Source of the DNA: Mycolicibacterium smegmatis
Lineage (GTDB): Bacteria > Actinomycetota > Actinomycetes > Mycobacteriales > Mycobacteriaceae
Reading direction: 5' to 3'
Assembly (NCBI RefSeq): GCF_001457595.1
Contig: NZ_LN831039.1
Span: forward strand, 4,950,001 to 4,982,000
Length of the DNA: 32,000 bases
How positions within the stretch are numbered: position 1 is the stretch's first letter; each line of letters begins with the position of its first letter. The position numbers were made by a program, and so were the translations under genes. Of the stretch, positions 19,200 to 28,535 are shown in pieces. The notes beneath the pieces were generated by a model. The model was given only the letters and a program-made list of their open reading frames with translations, was not told the origin of the DNA and made no database searches.

Positions 19200-20137
19200 G
19201 TGCTCGGTACCGCCGTCCTGATTGCGAAGCCTGCGATCAATTCCGGTGCCGCCCGGTAGAAGTGGTTGCCGGTCTGATACTCCCCATGGGCGGCCAGCGC
19301 CGCGAACGCCGCGACCCACGTGCGGATCTCGTGCGCGGAGTTGCCGCCCTCGCCCGCGATGAACGTGTTGGTCCAGCCGTCGAGATCACTCAGCCGGCCC
19401 TCGTCGAAGATCTCCAGCAGGCTCCTGTCCCAGTCGGGGTTGAGGGAGCGCAGCGGGCTCTGGCCGTGGGCGAAGTCGTGCGCGGCCTTGATCACCGCCT
19501 CCTGCCGGGCCATTCGCTGTTCGGGTGTCATGGGCGCGCCGTGCACGATGCGGTCGAGCGCCGCGGGCAGCGCGGTGGCCAGCGTCGGTACGGGCGGATC
19601 ATGTGACAGCCCACCGGATCCCACGATGAGGACGCGTTTGTCGAGCGTCGCGAGGAACGTGCCCACAGCCGCGCCGAGGGCGCGTGAACGCGACAGCGGT
19701 CCGAGCGGCGTGGCCACCGAGTTGATGAAGATGGGCACCACCGGGCGCGCGGTCGCGTCGCCGAACAGTTCCTGCAACGGTTGCACGGTGCCGTGGTCGA
19801 CGTCCATGGCCGTCGAGATCGCGATGTCGACGCCGGACTCCCACAGCGATTGGGCACACGCGTTGGCGATGTCGGCATCGACGGGCAGCGGCCCCTGGTA
19901 CGTGCCGTAGTCCCCGACGCCCGCGGCCGCGGTGCCGATGCAGAACGGCGGCATGAGCCGGTAGAAGAACCCGTTGTAGTGGTCGGGTGAGAAGGTCACG
20001 ACCAGTTCGGGATCGAACTGTTCGACGAACCTCCTGGCGTCGGCGACCGCGTCGGTGATCTGGTCAAGAAGTTCGGCCGACGGTCCCGGAAGATTCAGCA
20101 GTGGGCTGTGGGACATACAGCACAGGGCTACTGGCAC
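19196..20137 (-). CDS. mhpB: Class III extradiol dioxygenase, 2,3-dihydroxyphenylpropionate 1,2-dioxygenase-like
   Basis: [60 protein letters not shown]: LigB-like/MhpB His-containing motifs. GTG at 20137 is 8 nt after GGAGG; the ORF track start at 20146 falls inside that Shine-Dalgarno sequence. Confidence 0.87.
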   Translation of the reverse strand: MPVALCCMSHSPLLNLPGPSAELLDQITDAVADARRFVEQFDPELVVTFSPDHYNGFFYRLMPPFCIGTAAAGVGDYGTYQGPLPVDADIANACAQSLWESGVDIAISTAMDVDHGTVQPLQELFGDATARPVVPIFINSVATPLGPLSRSRALGAAVGTFLATLDKRVLIVGSGGLSHDPPVPTLATALPAALDRIVHGAPMTPEQRMARQEAVIKAAHDFAHGQSPLRSLNPDWDRSLLEIFDEGRLSDLDGWTNTFIAGEGGNSAHEIRTWVAAFAALAAHGEYQTGNHFYRAAPELIAGFAIRTAVPST

Positions 20138-21755
20138 CGTTTTCACCTCCCTGTCTCAGATGCAGGATGCCGAACAGTGCGGTGCTCAATTCGGGTGCGC
20201 GCTGGGCGATGTCGGCGCCTGCGATGCAGCGGTCGGGGCGCAGCACCAGGACCGACTCGGTGTGCGCGTCGAAGAAGGCCTTGAGTGCGCCGGTACGGTC
20301 GCCGACGATCACGACGTCCGGATCGTCGTCTTTTGTCCAGTGCAGCTGCGTGGACGGCCGCGCGGCGATGAACGCCGCGCCCAACGCCTTCCAGCGGGTG
20401 AAGGCCGCCTCCCCCAGCAACGTGCGCGGGTTGTTGTTCCAGCACAACACCGCGAAACCGGTGCCGAGGACGTCGTCGAGCAGCACGTTGTCCTGTTCGC
20501 GGGTGTCGACGCGGGGCTGGATGAACAGCGTGCCCACCGGGGATGCGGGCGTGGGCGGTTTGGCGTGGTACACCGCGCCCTCGTGGTAGCGCGGCATGGG
20601 TTTGAAGCGCATCTCCAGCACGTAGCGCTTGAGCGTCGGGACGATGGAGGCACCGCGGATCAGCTTGTCGCGCAGGGCCGCAACCTTGCGGTTGGTCGGC
20701 GAGATGACGCGGCCCACCATGGTGGACAGGTCGATCATGGCGCGTGCGTGCTTGCGTCGCTCGGCGTCGTAGGTGTCCAGTAGCGCGTCGCCGGCCTGGC
20801 CCCTGACCACCGCGGCGAGCTTCCACCCGAGGTTGAACGCATCGCGGATGCCGCTGTTGTAGCCCTGGCCCTGCCACACCGGCATGAGGTGCGCGGCGTC
20901 GCCCGCCAGCAGCATGCGGCCCTTGCGGAAGGATCCCGCGATCCGGGAGTGGTGGGTGTAGACCCGCCTGCGGATGACGTCGACCCTGTCGGGATGCGGT
21001 ACGAACGGCCTGAGCAGTTCGGCGACGAACTCGGGATCCTCGGCCTGCTCGTCGGTCTCGTCGGCGTGGATCATGAACTCGAAACGCCGGATGCCGTGCG
21101 CGATCGAGATCGACGCGTACGGGCGTTGCGGATCGGCGCCGACCTCGCTGTTGGGATGCCCGAGCGGGTCGTTGGCCAGGTCGATCACCACCCATCGGGT
21201 GGACGACGTGGTGCCGTCGAACGAGACACCCATGAGGTGGCGCGTGGCGCTGCGACCACCGTCGCACCCGACGACGTACTGCGCGTGCACCGACGCCGGC
21301 CCGTCGGGTCCCGACACCTCGACGGTGACGCCGTCGGCGTCCTCGGCGATGGTCTGCATGCGCCGGCCCCACATCACCTCGACGTGGTCGAACCGGTCCA
21401 GTCCCGCGAGCAGCTCGGCGTCGACCATGGGCTGGACGAATCCGTTTCGCTTGGGCCAGCCGAACCGCGCGTCCGGCGGCGCCATCTCGGCAAGCAGCCT
21501 GCGGTTGGCGTCGTAGAAACGCAGGATCTGGTTGGGCACGGTGTGCGGCAGGATCGCGTCGACCAGCCCGATCGACTGGAACGTGCGCAGCGACTCGTCG
21601 TCGAGACCGACACCGCGCGGGTAGTCGATGAGGGTTTCGCGTTCCTCGATGATCAGCGTCCGCACGCCTTGTGCGCCGAGGATGTTCGCCAGGGTCAGGC
21701 CGACGGGCCCGGCCCCGACGATCACGACGTCGACTGCACCAGGGCTGGTTGTCAC
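20064..21755 (-). CDS. mhpA: FAD-dependent aromatic ring hydroxylase, MhpA-like 3-(3-hydroxyphenyl)propionate hydroxylase family
   Basis: [30 protein letters not shown]; [35 protein letters not shown]; GTG start at 21755. Confidence 0.85.
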   Translation of the reverse strand: MTTSPGAVDVVIVGAGPVGLTLANILGAQGVRTLIIEERETLIDYPRGVGLDDESLRTFQSIGLVDAILPHTVPNQILRFYDANRRLLAEMAPPDARFGWPKRNGFVQPMVDAELLAGLDRFDHVEVMWGRRMQTIAEDADGVTVEVSGPDGPASVHAQYVVGCDGGRSATRHLMGVSFDGTTSSTRWVVIDLANDPLGHPNSEVGADPQRPYASISIAHGIRRFEFMIHADETDEQAEDPEFVAELLRPFVPHPDRVDVIRRRVYTHHSRIAGSFRKGRMLLAGDAAHLMPVWQGQGYNSGIRDAFNLGWKLAAVVRGQAGDALLDTYDAERRKHARAMIDLSTMVGRVISPTNRKVAALRDKLIRGASIVPTLKRYVLEMRFKPMPRYHEGAVYHAKPPTPASPVGTLFIQPRVDTREQDNVLLDDVLGTGFAVLCWNNNPRTLLGEAAFTRWKALGAAFIAARPSTQLHWTKDDDPDVVIVGDRTGALKAFFDAHTESVLVLRPDRCIAGADIAQRAPELSTALFGILHLRQGGENGASSPVLYVPQPTAESSGTVGRTS

Positions 21756-21759
21756 GCCC

Positions 21760-22668
21760 TCACCGCCCGAGCAGGAAGTCGAGGTGCAATTGGTTGAACG
21801 TCGCCGGGTCCTCGTACTGTGGCCAGTGCCCGCACCCGGGCATCACCTCGAACCTGGCTCCGGGGATCATCGACGCGATGCGCCGCCCCTCGGCGACGTC
21901 GGCCGTCGGGTCGTCACTGGTCCACACGACCAGCGTCGGCGCGGTGATCGAACCGTATTCGGTCTGTCCCAGCAGGTTCCGCGCGCGGATCTGCGGATCC
22001 TGCAGCGCCATGATGTCACTCATCGCGGCGACGAAACCCGGCTGGCGGTACACGCGTTGGCGGCTCGCGACGATGTCGTCGTAATCCTTGCTCTTGTCGG
22101 CCATGAGCCACTTGATGCGTGCCTGCACGGTGTCCCACGTGGGGTTCTCGGCGGCCGCCATCGACAGCGTGATGATGCGCTTCATCACCTCGGGATCGGC
22201 CTGCGATCCGCCCGCGGTGTTGAGTACCAACTTCTCGACGCGGTCGGGATGGTCGACCGCGACGCGCGCCGCGACCCAACCGCCCAGCGACTCCCCCGAG
22301 ATGTGCGCGCGCTGCGCACCGATGGTGTCCAGGAAGGCGATGACGTGGTCGACGTAGTGGGCGACCTCCAGCGGGTGGCCGGGTTTGTCGGTGTAGCCGT
22401 GCCCGAGCATGTCGATGGACCACGTCGAGAAGTGCTCGGCGTGGGCCGCGAGGTTGCGGACGTAGGCCTCGGCGTGTCCGCCCGAGCCGTGCAGGAACAG
22501 CAGCGCGGGTGCCTGCGAATTTCCGGCGTGCAGGTACCGCGTGCGGATCTTCCTGTCGCCCACGGGGACATCGAGGTAGCCCTGCGAGAACGCGACTCCT
22601 TGCAGATCGCTCCAGATGCTTTCGAACTCGACGGCCGACGCGGTGCCTGCCGCGGCAGTGCTTGTCAT
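21760..22668 (-). CDS. Alpha/beta hydrolase, probable meta-cleavage (C-C bond) hydrolase
   Basis: [78 protein letters not shown]; start at ATG 22668. Confidence 0.83.
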   Translation of the reverse strand: MTSTAAAGTASAVEFESIWSDLQGVAFSQGYLDVPVGDRKIRTRYLHAGNSQAPALLFLHGSGGHAEAYVRNLAAHAEHFSTWSIDMLGHGYTDKPGHPLEVAHYVDHVIAFLDTIGAQRAHISGESLGGWVAARVAVDHPDRVEKLVLNTAGGSQADPEVMKRIITLSMAAAENPTWDTVQARIKWLMADKSKDYDDIVASRQRVYRQPGFVAAMSDIMALQDPQIRARNLLGQTEYGSITAPTLVVWTSDDPTADVAEGRRIASMIPGARFEVMPGCGHWPQYEDPATFNQLHLDFLLGR

Positions 22669-22689
22669 GGTCCCCTCTCCTGACGACCG

Positions 22690-22704
22690 GAGAATCATAT
22701 TCTC
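22690..22704. promoter_or_regulatory. Candidate operator GAGAATCATATTCTC
   Basis: Matches GAGAATNNTATTCTC. Lies between divergent alpha/beta hydrolase (22668, minus) and IclR gene (22799, plus). Confidence 0.75.
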
Positions 22705-22740
22705 TTTTTCTGTAAGCACTTTGCTCAGTTATCGCACATC

Positions 22741-22769
22741 AGAGTGCATTATTATCAGAGCATCACTCT
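22741..22769. promoter_or_regulatory. Possible second regulatory element: AGAGTG-N17-CACTCT inverted repeat with two ATCAGAG direct repeats (22738-22744, 22754-22760)
   Basis: Direct reading in the promoter region of the IclR gene. Confidence 0.35.
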
Positions 22770-22798
22770 CGCGGTTCTATCTGTCAAGGAGGGACGCG

Positions 22799-23524
22799 AT
22801 GCCCGCCAACGCAGCACAGTCGGCAGCACGCACACGAGCCGAAGGCGCGCCCAGCGCCGCCCCCGGCTCACAGACCCTGGCGCGCGGCCTGAGCGCCCTG
22901 CAGGCCATCGCCGACGCGCCGGGCGGGCTCACCGTCCAGCAGGTCGCCGACCACCTCGGCGCGCACCGGACCATCGCCTACCGGTTGCTGGCCACCCTGA
23001 GCCAATTTCGTTACGTGGCAAAGGGAGAAGACGGCCGCTACCGGCCCGCGGCGGCGCTCGCGGTCCTCGGATCGTCGTTCGACAACAACGTGCGCCAACT
23101 GGCCATCCCGACCCTGCGGACGCTGGCCGACGAACTCGGCTCCACGGTGTCGCTCCTCGTTGCCGAGGGTGATCAGCAGGTCGCGATCGCGGTGATCGTG
23201 CCCTCGCAGGTGTACTACCAACTCTCGTTCCACGAGGGCAGTCGCCACCCCCTCGACCGAGGTGCGGCAGGCGTGGCGCTGCTGGCCAGCATGCCGCCGC
23301 GGCCCGGCGAACGCGACCTCGTGCGGCAGACCCGCGAACAGGGCTGGGTGATCACCCACGGCGAGATCGAACCGAACACCTACGGCCTGGCCGTACCGGT
23401 GCGGCGGCGCCCGCCGTCGCCACCCACCTGCATCAACCTCATCTCGCACCGCGAGGACGTCGTCCTCGGGGGCAAGGACGCGGTGGTGCGGGCCGCACGC
23501 GAACTCTCGGCAATCCTGCACTGA
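22799..23524 (+). CDS. IclR family transcriptional regulator
   Basis: LARGLSALQAIADAPGGLTVQQVADHLGAHRTIAYRLLATLSQFRYVAK HTH plus effector-like domain; ATG at 22799. Confidence 0.85.
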   Translation: MPANAAQSAARTRAEGAPSAAPGSQTLARGLSALQAIADAPGGLTVQQVADHLGAHRTIAYRLLATLSQFRYVAKGEDGRYRPAAALAVLGSSFDNNVRQLAIPTLRTLADELGSTVSLLVAEGDQQVAIAVIVPSQVYYQLSFHEGSRHPLDRGAAGVALLASMPPRPGERDLVRQTREQGWVITHGEIEPNTYGLAVPVRRRPPSPPTCINLISHREDVVLGGKDAVVRAARELSAILH

Positions 23525-23538
23525 AAGGTCTTGCACAC

Positions 23539-25179
23539 ATGACTGATTCGAACGGCCTCCACGACTCCTTCGACGACGAGGTCGACGTCGCGGTGCTCGG
23601 AACCGGCGGCGCCGGGCTCACCGCGGCGCTGACGGCCGCGGTCAACGGCGCCTCGGTCGCGGTGTACGAGAAGGCGGCCACCATCGGCGGGACCACAGCG
23701 GTGTCCGGTGGCATCGTGTGGATCCCGGCCCACGACCGGGCCGGCGAACCGCTGCCCGTCGAGGATGCGCTCGCGTACCTTGCGGCGCAGTCCCTCGGGT
23801 ACATGGACACCGCACTCGTCGAGACGTTCGTGCGGACCGGTCCGGTGATGCTCGACTTCGTCGAGGCCCACAGTGAACTGCGGTTCGCCGTCGCCGAGGG
23901 CTTCCCCGACTACAAACCCGAGCTGCCCGGCGGGCGGCCCGGCGGCGGGCGGTCGCTGAGCGCGGGCCCGATCGACCTGGCCCGCCTCGGCGAGTGGCGA
24001 GACCGGATCACCTCGTTCCCCGCCGATTTCAGCAATGTCGGCATCGATGCCGAGACCCGCGCGCGCATCCACGCGGCCTACGACGATCCGGACGCCGATC
24101 TGTGCGTCGCGGGCACCGCGCTGGTCGCGGGCCTGCTGCGCGGTCTGCTCGACCGGGGCGTCAAGCCCGTCACCTCGGCACGCGCGGTCGAACTGCTCGG
24201 ATCGGCCGATGGCATCACCGGCGTGCGAATCCGCCTCGACGGCACCGACATCCGGGTACGCGCACGCGGCGGCGTGGTGCTGGCCACGGGCGGGTTCGAG
24301 TGGGACACCACGCTCGTCGAGGCGTTCCTGCGCGGACCCATGCACGGCCCGGTGTCACCCCCGAACAACACGGGTGACGGACTGCGCATGGCGATGGCCC
24401 ACGGCGCCGATCTGGCGAACATGGGTGAGGCGTGGTGGGTTCCGGTGGTCCAGATCCCGGGCGACACGATCGACGGGCACCCCCGCAGCCGCAGCATCCG
24501 TCTCGAACGCACCCGGCCCCGCAGCGTCATCGTCAACCGCGCGGGCAACCGGTTCGTCAACGAGGCCGGCGAGTACAACTCGATGGCCGGCCCGTTCCAG
24601 TACCTCGATCCCAAGGCCGGTTACGCCAACGATCCGGCCTGGATCGTGTTCGACTCGGTCCATCTGCAGCGCTACGGATTCCTCGGCGTCGAGCCCGGCG
24701 GCCAGGCACCGGACTGGTTCTGCGAGTCGGCCGATCTGGACGAGTTGAGCGCCAGGACCGGCATCGACGCCGCGGGTCTGGCGGCCACGTTGCGGCGGTG
24801 GAACGACAACGTCGGCCGCGACACCGATCCCGTCGACCCCGATTTCGGCCGCGGCGCCAGCGCCTACGACGGCTACTGGGGCGACACGTCGGCCGACACC
24901 CCCGCGCGACAGACCCTCGGGCCGCTCGACACCGCCCCGTTCTACGCCGTGCCGGTGAAGGTCGGCGCGATGGGCACCAAGGGCGGCCCGCGCACCGACC
25001 GCGACGGACGCGTGCTGCACGTCAACGGCTCACCGATCCCCGGTCTGTACGCCGCGGGCAACGCCATGGCCGGCGTGACGGGCAAGGCCTATGGCGGCGC
25101 GGGCGGCACGCTCGGCCCGGCGCTGGTGTTCGGCTACCGCAGCGGATATGCCGCGGCCACGGGCAAATCAGTCGACTGA
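23539..25179 (+). CDS. FAD-dependent oxidoreductase, 3-ketosteroid Delta1-dehydrogenase-like (second copy)
   Basis: VDVAVLGTGGAGLTAALTAAVNGASVAVYEKAATIGGTTAVSGGIVWIPA; GLYAAGNAMAGVTGKAYGGAGGTLGPALVFGYRSG. Confidence 0.87.
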   Translation: MTDSNGLHDSFDDEVDVAVLGTGGAGLTAALTAAVNGASVAVYEKAATIGGTTAVSGGIVWIPAHDRAGEPLPVEDALAYLAAQSLGYMDTALVETFVRTGPVMLDFVEAHSELRFAVAEGFPDYKPELPGGRPGGGRSLSAGPIDLARLGEWRDRITSFPADFSNVGIDAETRARIHAAYDDPDADLCVAGTALVAGLLRGLLDRGVKPVTSARAVELLGSADGITGVRIRLDGTDIRVRARGGVVLATGGFEWDTTLVEAFLRGPMHGPVSPPNNTGDGLRMAMAHGADLANMGEAWWVPVVQIPGDTIDGHPRSRSIRLERTRPRSVIVNRAGNRFVNEAGEYNSMAGPFQYLDPKAGYANDPAWIVFDSVHLQRYGFLGVEPGGQAPDWFCESADLDELSARTGIDAAGLAATLRRWNDNVGRDTDPVDPDFGRGASAYDGYWGDTSADTPARQTLGPLDTAPFYAVPVKVGAMGTKGGPRTDRDGRVLHVNGSPIPGLYAAGNAMAGVTGKAYGGAGGTLGPALVFGYRSGYAAATGKSVD

Positions 25180-26052
25180 TCCGGCGAACAGCCGCTCGGC
25201 CGCGGTGTAGGCGTCGCTGCTGCCGTCGGCCACGGCCGCCGACAACCGGTCGAGGTCGGCGTGGTTGCGCAGCAGGGTCTGCGCGAGCGACAGGATCTGG
25301 CTGCGCGCCCGCGCGCGGCGCCGTTCGGGGGTGTCGGCGCGCTGGTGCGCCTCGATGGCCTCGATGAGTTCGTGCAGGCCGTCCCCCTGCGCGGCGACGA
25401 GTTTGAGCACTGGGACGTCGGTTTCGGCGCGCAGATCGCGGACCGTCTGGTCGGCGCCGTCACGATCGGCCTTGTTGACCACCACCAGATCGGCCACCTC
25501 GAGCACACCGGCCTTGGCGGCCTGCACGGCATCGCCCGCGCCGGGGTTGAGGATCACCACCGTGGGGTCGGCGATCGCGGCGATCTCGATCTCGGACTGC
25601 CCCACCCCCACGGTCTCCAGCACGATCAGGTCGTACGACAGCGCGGCCAGCAGGCGGATCGCCGCCGGGACGGCCGCGGCCAGCCCGCCGAGGTGCCCGC
25701 GTGCGGCCATCGACCGGATCAGCACGTCGGGGTCGTTGATGTGGGCGGCCATGCGGATGCGGTCACCGAGCAGTGCCCCGCCGCTGTAGGGCGACGAGGG
25801 GTCGACCGCGAGGACCGCGACCCGCAGCCCGCGTTCGCGATAGGCCCCCACCATGGCGCCCACCGTGGTCGACTTGCCCGCTCCCGGCGGTCCGGTCACA
25901 CCGATGACGCGCGGCGTCGCGGGCCCGAGCGCCGCGAGCACCTCACCGCGACGGTCGCTTTCGACCAGCGTGAGCAGCCGACCCACCGCGCGCATCGATC
26001 CGCCCCTGGCCGCGGTGATGAGCTCGGGTACATCGACGACGCCGTGGGGCAT
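25168..26052 (-). CDS. meaB: MeaB/ArgK-type GTPase (chaperone family of B12-dependent acyl-CoA mutases)
   Basis: VIGVTGPPGAGKSTTVGAMVGAYRERGLRVAVLAVDPSSPYSGGALLGDRIRM; VGVGQSEIEIA; VVNKADRDGA. ATG at 26052; overlaps the convergent flavoprotein gene by 12 nt. Confidence 0.88.
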   Translation of the reverse strand: MPHGVVDVPELITAARGGSMRAVGRLLTLVESDRRGEVLAALGPATPRVIGVTGPPGAGKSTTVGAMVGAYRERGLRVAVLAVDPSSPYSGGALLGDRIRMAAHINDPDVLIRSMAARGHLGGLAAAVPAAIRLLAALSYDLIVLETVGVGQSEIEIAAIADPTVVILNPGAGDAVQAAKAGVLEVADLVVVNKADRDGADQTVRDLRAETDVPVLKLVAAQGDGLHELIEAIEAHQRADTPERRRARARSQILSLAQTLLRNHADLDRLSAAVADGSSDAYTAAERLFAGSVD

Positions 26053-26076
26053 TCTTTCTCCTGGTTCACCGGGTAC

Positions 26077-26091
26077 GAGAATGTTATTCTC
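26077..26091. promoter_or_regulatory. Candidate operator GAGAATGTTATTCTC
   Basis: Matches GAGAATNNTATTCTC. Lies between divergent meaB-like gene (26052, minus) and SDR gene (26128, plus). Confidence 0.75.
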
Positions 26092-26127
26092 CCCTCCTGA
26101 GAGTGATAGTTGCAAGGAGGGCAATTC

Positions 26128-26892
26128 ATGCAGATCGCCGGTACCTCCGCACTCGTCGTGGGCGGCACGGGTGGCCTCGGTGAGGCGACCGTGCGCCGAT
26201 TGCACGGCGCGGGCGCCAAGGTCGTCGTCGCCGATGTGGCCGACGACAAGGGCGCGGCGCTCGAGAAAGAACTCGGTATCCGATACGTGCGCACCGACGC
26301 GACCTCGGAGGAATCCGTGCTCGCCGCGATCGCCGAGGCGGAATCGCTCGCGCCGCTGCGCATCTCGGTCGACACGCACGGCGGCCCGGCCAGCGGTGGC
26401 CGGCTGGTGGGCAAGGACGGTTCCCCGCTGGACCTCGACGGGTTCAAGAAGACCATCGAGTTCTACCTCACCGCGGTGTTCAACGTCATGCGCCTGACGG
26501 CGGCCGCGATCGCCAGGACCGAACCCCTCGAAGAGGGTGGCCGCGGCGTCATCGTCAACACGGCGTCGATCGCGGGCTACGAGGGCCAGATCGGCCAGTT
26601 GCCGTACTCGGCCGCCAAGGGCGGTGTGCTGGGCATGACGCTCGTCGCCGCACGCGACCTGTCGCCGCTCGGCATCCGCGTCGTCACCATCGCCCCCGGC
26701 ACCATCAACACACCCGCCTACGGGCAGGCCGCCGATCAGCTCGAGCAGTACTGGGGCCCGCAGGTGCCTTTCCCCAAGCGCATGGGCCGGTCCACCGAAT
26801 ACGCCCAACTCGCGCAGAGCATCGTCGAGAACGACTATCTCAACGGCGAGGTGATCCGCCTCGACGGCGCGCTCCGCTTCCCGCCCAAGTGA
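26128..26892 (+). CDS. SDR oxidoreductase resembling 3-hydroxyacyl-CoA dehydrogenase type II / 17beta-HSD10-like enzymes
   Basis: MQIAGTSALVVGGTGGLGEATVRRLHGAGAKVVVADV, YSAAKGGVLGMTLVAARDLSPLGIRVVTIAPG; RBS AAGGAGG at 26114-26120. Confidence 0.85.
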   Translation: MQIAGTSALVVGGTGGLGEATVRRLHGAGAKVVVADVADDKGAALEKELGIRYVRTDATSEESVLAAIAEAESLAPLRISVDTHGGPASGGRLVGKDGSPLDLDGFKKTIEFYLTAVFNVMRLTAAAIARTEPLEEGGRGVIVNTASIAGYEGQIGQLPYSAAKGGVLGMTLVAARDLSPLGIRVVTIAPGTINTPAYGQAADQLEQYWGPQVPFPKRMGRSTEYAQLAQSIVENDYLNGEVIRLDGALRFPPK

Positions 26893-26976
26893 CCAAGTGA
26901 CCCTCTTGCACCGCGAGCGTGCGCGCCTGCCTGCCGAAACGCCGCCCGCAAGCAGCACTTCACGCACCTTCGGTGT

Positions 26977-27756
26977 ATGACGAACGTGCGTGAAACGCCT
27001 AAGCCGTCAACACCCGGCAGTCTGGCCGGGAAGGTCGCCTTCGTCGCAGGTGCCAGCCGCGGTATCGGGGCCACCATCGCGACCGCGCTCGCGGCCGAGG
27101 GTGCGGCCGTCTCGGTCGCGGCCCGGTCCGAGCGTCCCGGCAAGCTGCCCGGCACGATCGACTCGGTGGCGTCGGCCATCACCGACGCAGGCGGCCACGC
27201 CCTCCCGGTCGTATGCGACGTCACCGACGAGCAGTCCGTCGAACGCGCTGTCGCCCAGACGGTCTCCGAACTCGGCGGCATCGACATCCTGGTCGCCAAC
27301 GCCGGTGTGCTGTGGCTCGGACCGATCGAGAACACCCCACTCAAACGCTGGCAGCTGTGCCTCGACGTCAACCTCACCGGGGTGTTCCTGGTGACCAAAG
27401 CGGTGATCCCCCACGTGCGCGCCCGCGGCGGCGGATCGCTCATCGCGATCACCACCACGGGCGTCGACATGGTCGAGCACGGATCCAACGCCTACTGGGT
27501 GTCCAAGGCCGCCACCGAACGGCTCTACACGGGTCTCGCAGCCGATCTGCGTGACGACAACATCGCGGTCAACTGCCTGAGCCCGTCGCGCGTCGTGCTG
27601 ACCGAGGGCTGGCAGGCCGGCGGCGGCGGGCTCAAGATCCCGCCCGAGATGATCGAACCGCCCGAGGCGATGGCGCGCGCGGCCGTGCTGCTCGCGCAAC
27701 AGGACGGCACCGGCGTGACCGGCACCGTGCAGCGCTCCGAGGCGCTCACGCTCTGA
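26977..27756 (+). CDS. SDR family oxidoreductase
   Basis: GKVAFVAGASRGIGATIATALAAEGAAVSV, VANAGVL, YWVSKAATERLYTGLA. Confidence 0.84.
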   Translation: MTNVRETPKPSTPGSLAGKVAFVAGASRGIGATIATALAAEGAAVSVAARSERPGKLPGTIDSVASAITDAGGHALPVVCDVTDEQSVERAVAQTVSELGGIDILVANAGVLWLGPIENTPLKRWQLCLDVNLTGVFLVTKAVIPHVRARGGGSLIAITTTGVDMVEHGSNAYWVSKAATERLYTGLAADLRDDNIAVNCLSPSRVVLTEGWQAGGGGLKIPPEMIEPPEAMARAAVLLAQQDGTGVTGTVQRSEALTL

Positions 27757-27763
27757 CGAACCG

Positions 27764-28531
27764 CTAGTTCTTACGCGCGTTGAGGCCCGCGACGATGGCC
27801 TTGAAGTCCTCGGTTCGGAACGACTGCTCCTCGGCGGTGTTGCCGAAGTCGAGCGTCGCCAGCACGGCCTGCTCCATGTGCAGGTTGAGCAGCCGTTTGG
27901 TGGCCTCCAGCGACTGCCGTGGCAGCTTGGCCATCTTCTGCGCGGCCTCGATGGCCTCGGCCACCGGATCGTCCGAAAGGTGGTTGGCCAGGCCCAGTTC
28001 CACGGCCCGCTGCGCCGGGATGCGCGCACCGGTCAGCGCGTACTCCTTGGCCAGCAGCAGGCTGATGTGCAGCGGCCACGTGATGGGACCGCCGTCGGCG
28101 GCGACCAGACCCACCTGCACGTGCGGGTCGGCGAGGTAGGCCTGCGGCGCGATGTAGACGATGTCGCTCAATGCCACGAGGCTGCAACCCAATCCGACCG
28201 CGGGCCCGTTGACCGCGGCGACCACGGGCACGCGGCAGCGCGTCATCCCCAGCACGATCTCACGCCCGTGCAGGATGGTCTTGGCCCGTAGTTTGGGATC
28301 CTCACCGAGCTCCTGCAGGTACGCGAAATCACCACCTGCCGAGAACGCGCGACCCGCACCCGTGATCACGGCCGCGCGTGCGTCGTAGTCCTCCGACAAA
28401 CGCGTCCACAGGTGCGCGAGGCCCTCGTGCAACGAGTCGTTGACGGCGTTGAGGGCCTCGGGCCGGTTGAGGGTGATGACGCGGATGTCCCCCTCGGCGC
28501 GCACCTCGATTTCGTCTGGCATTCCGTACAT
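27764..28531 (-). CDS. Enoyl-CoA hydratase/isomerase family protein
   Basis: IRVITLNRPEALNAVNDSLHEGL, AFSAGGDFAYLQEL, PVVAAVNGPAVGLGCSLVALSDIVYIAPQAYLADPHVQVGLVAADGG; start 28531 or 28522. Confidence 0.86.
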   Translation of the reverse strand: MYGMPDEIEVRAEGDIRVITLNRPEALNAVNDSLHEGLAHLWTRLSEDYDARAAVITGAGRAFSAGGDFAYLQELGEDPKLRAKTILHGREIVLGMTRCRVPVVAAVNGPAVGLGCSLVALSDIVYIAPQAYLADPHVQVGLVAADGGPITWPLHISLLLAKEYALTGARIPAQRAVELGLANHLSDDPVAEAIEAAQKMAKLPRQSLEATKRLLNLHMEQAVLATLDFGNTAEEQSFRTEDFKAIVAGLNARKN

Positions 28532-28535
28532 TCGG

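Noticed and set aside
17412-25179. Assigning the cluster to cholesterol or steroid degradation
   Set aside because: KstD-like genes and FadE pairs suggest parallels, but no HsaA-D, Ksh or KstR-type elements were recognised, and the ring-cleavage genes resemble Mhp types.
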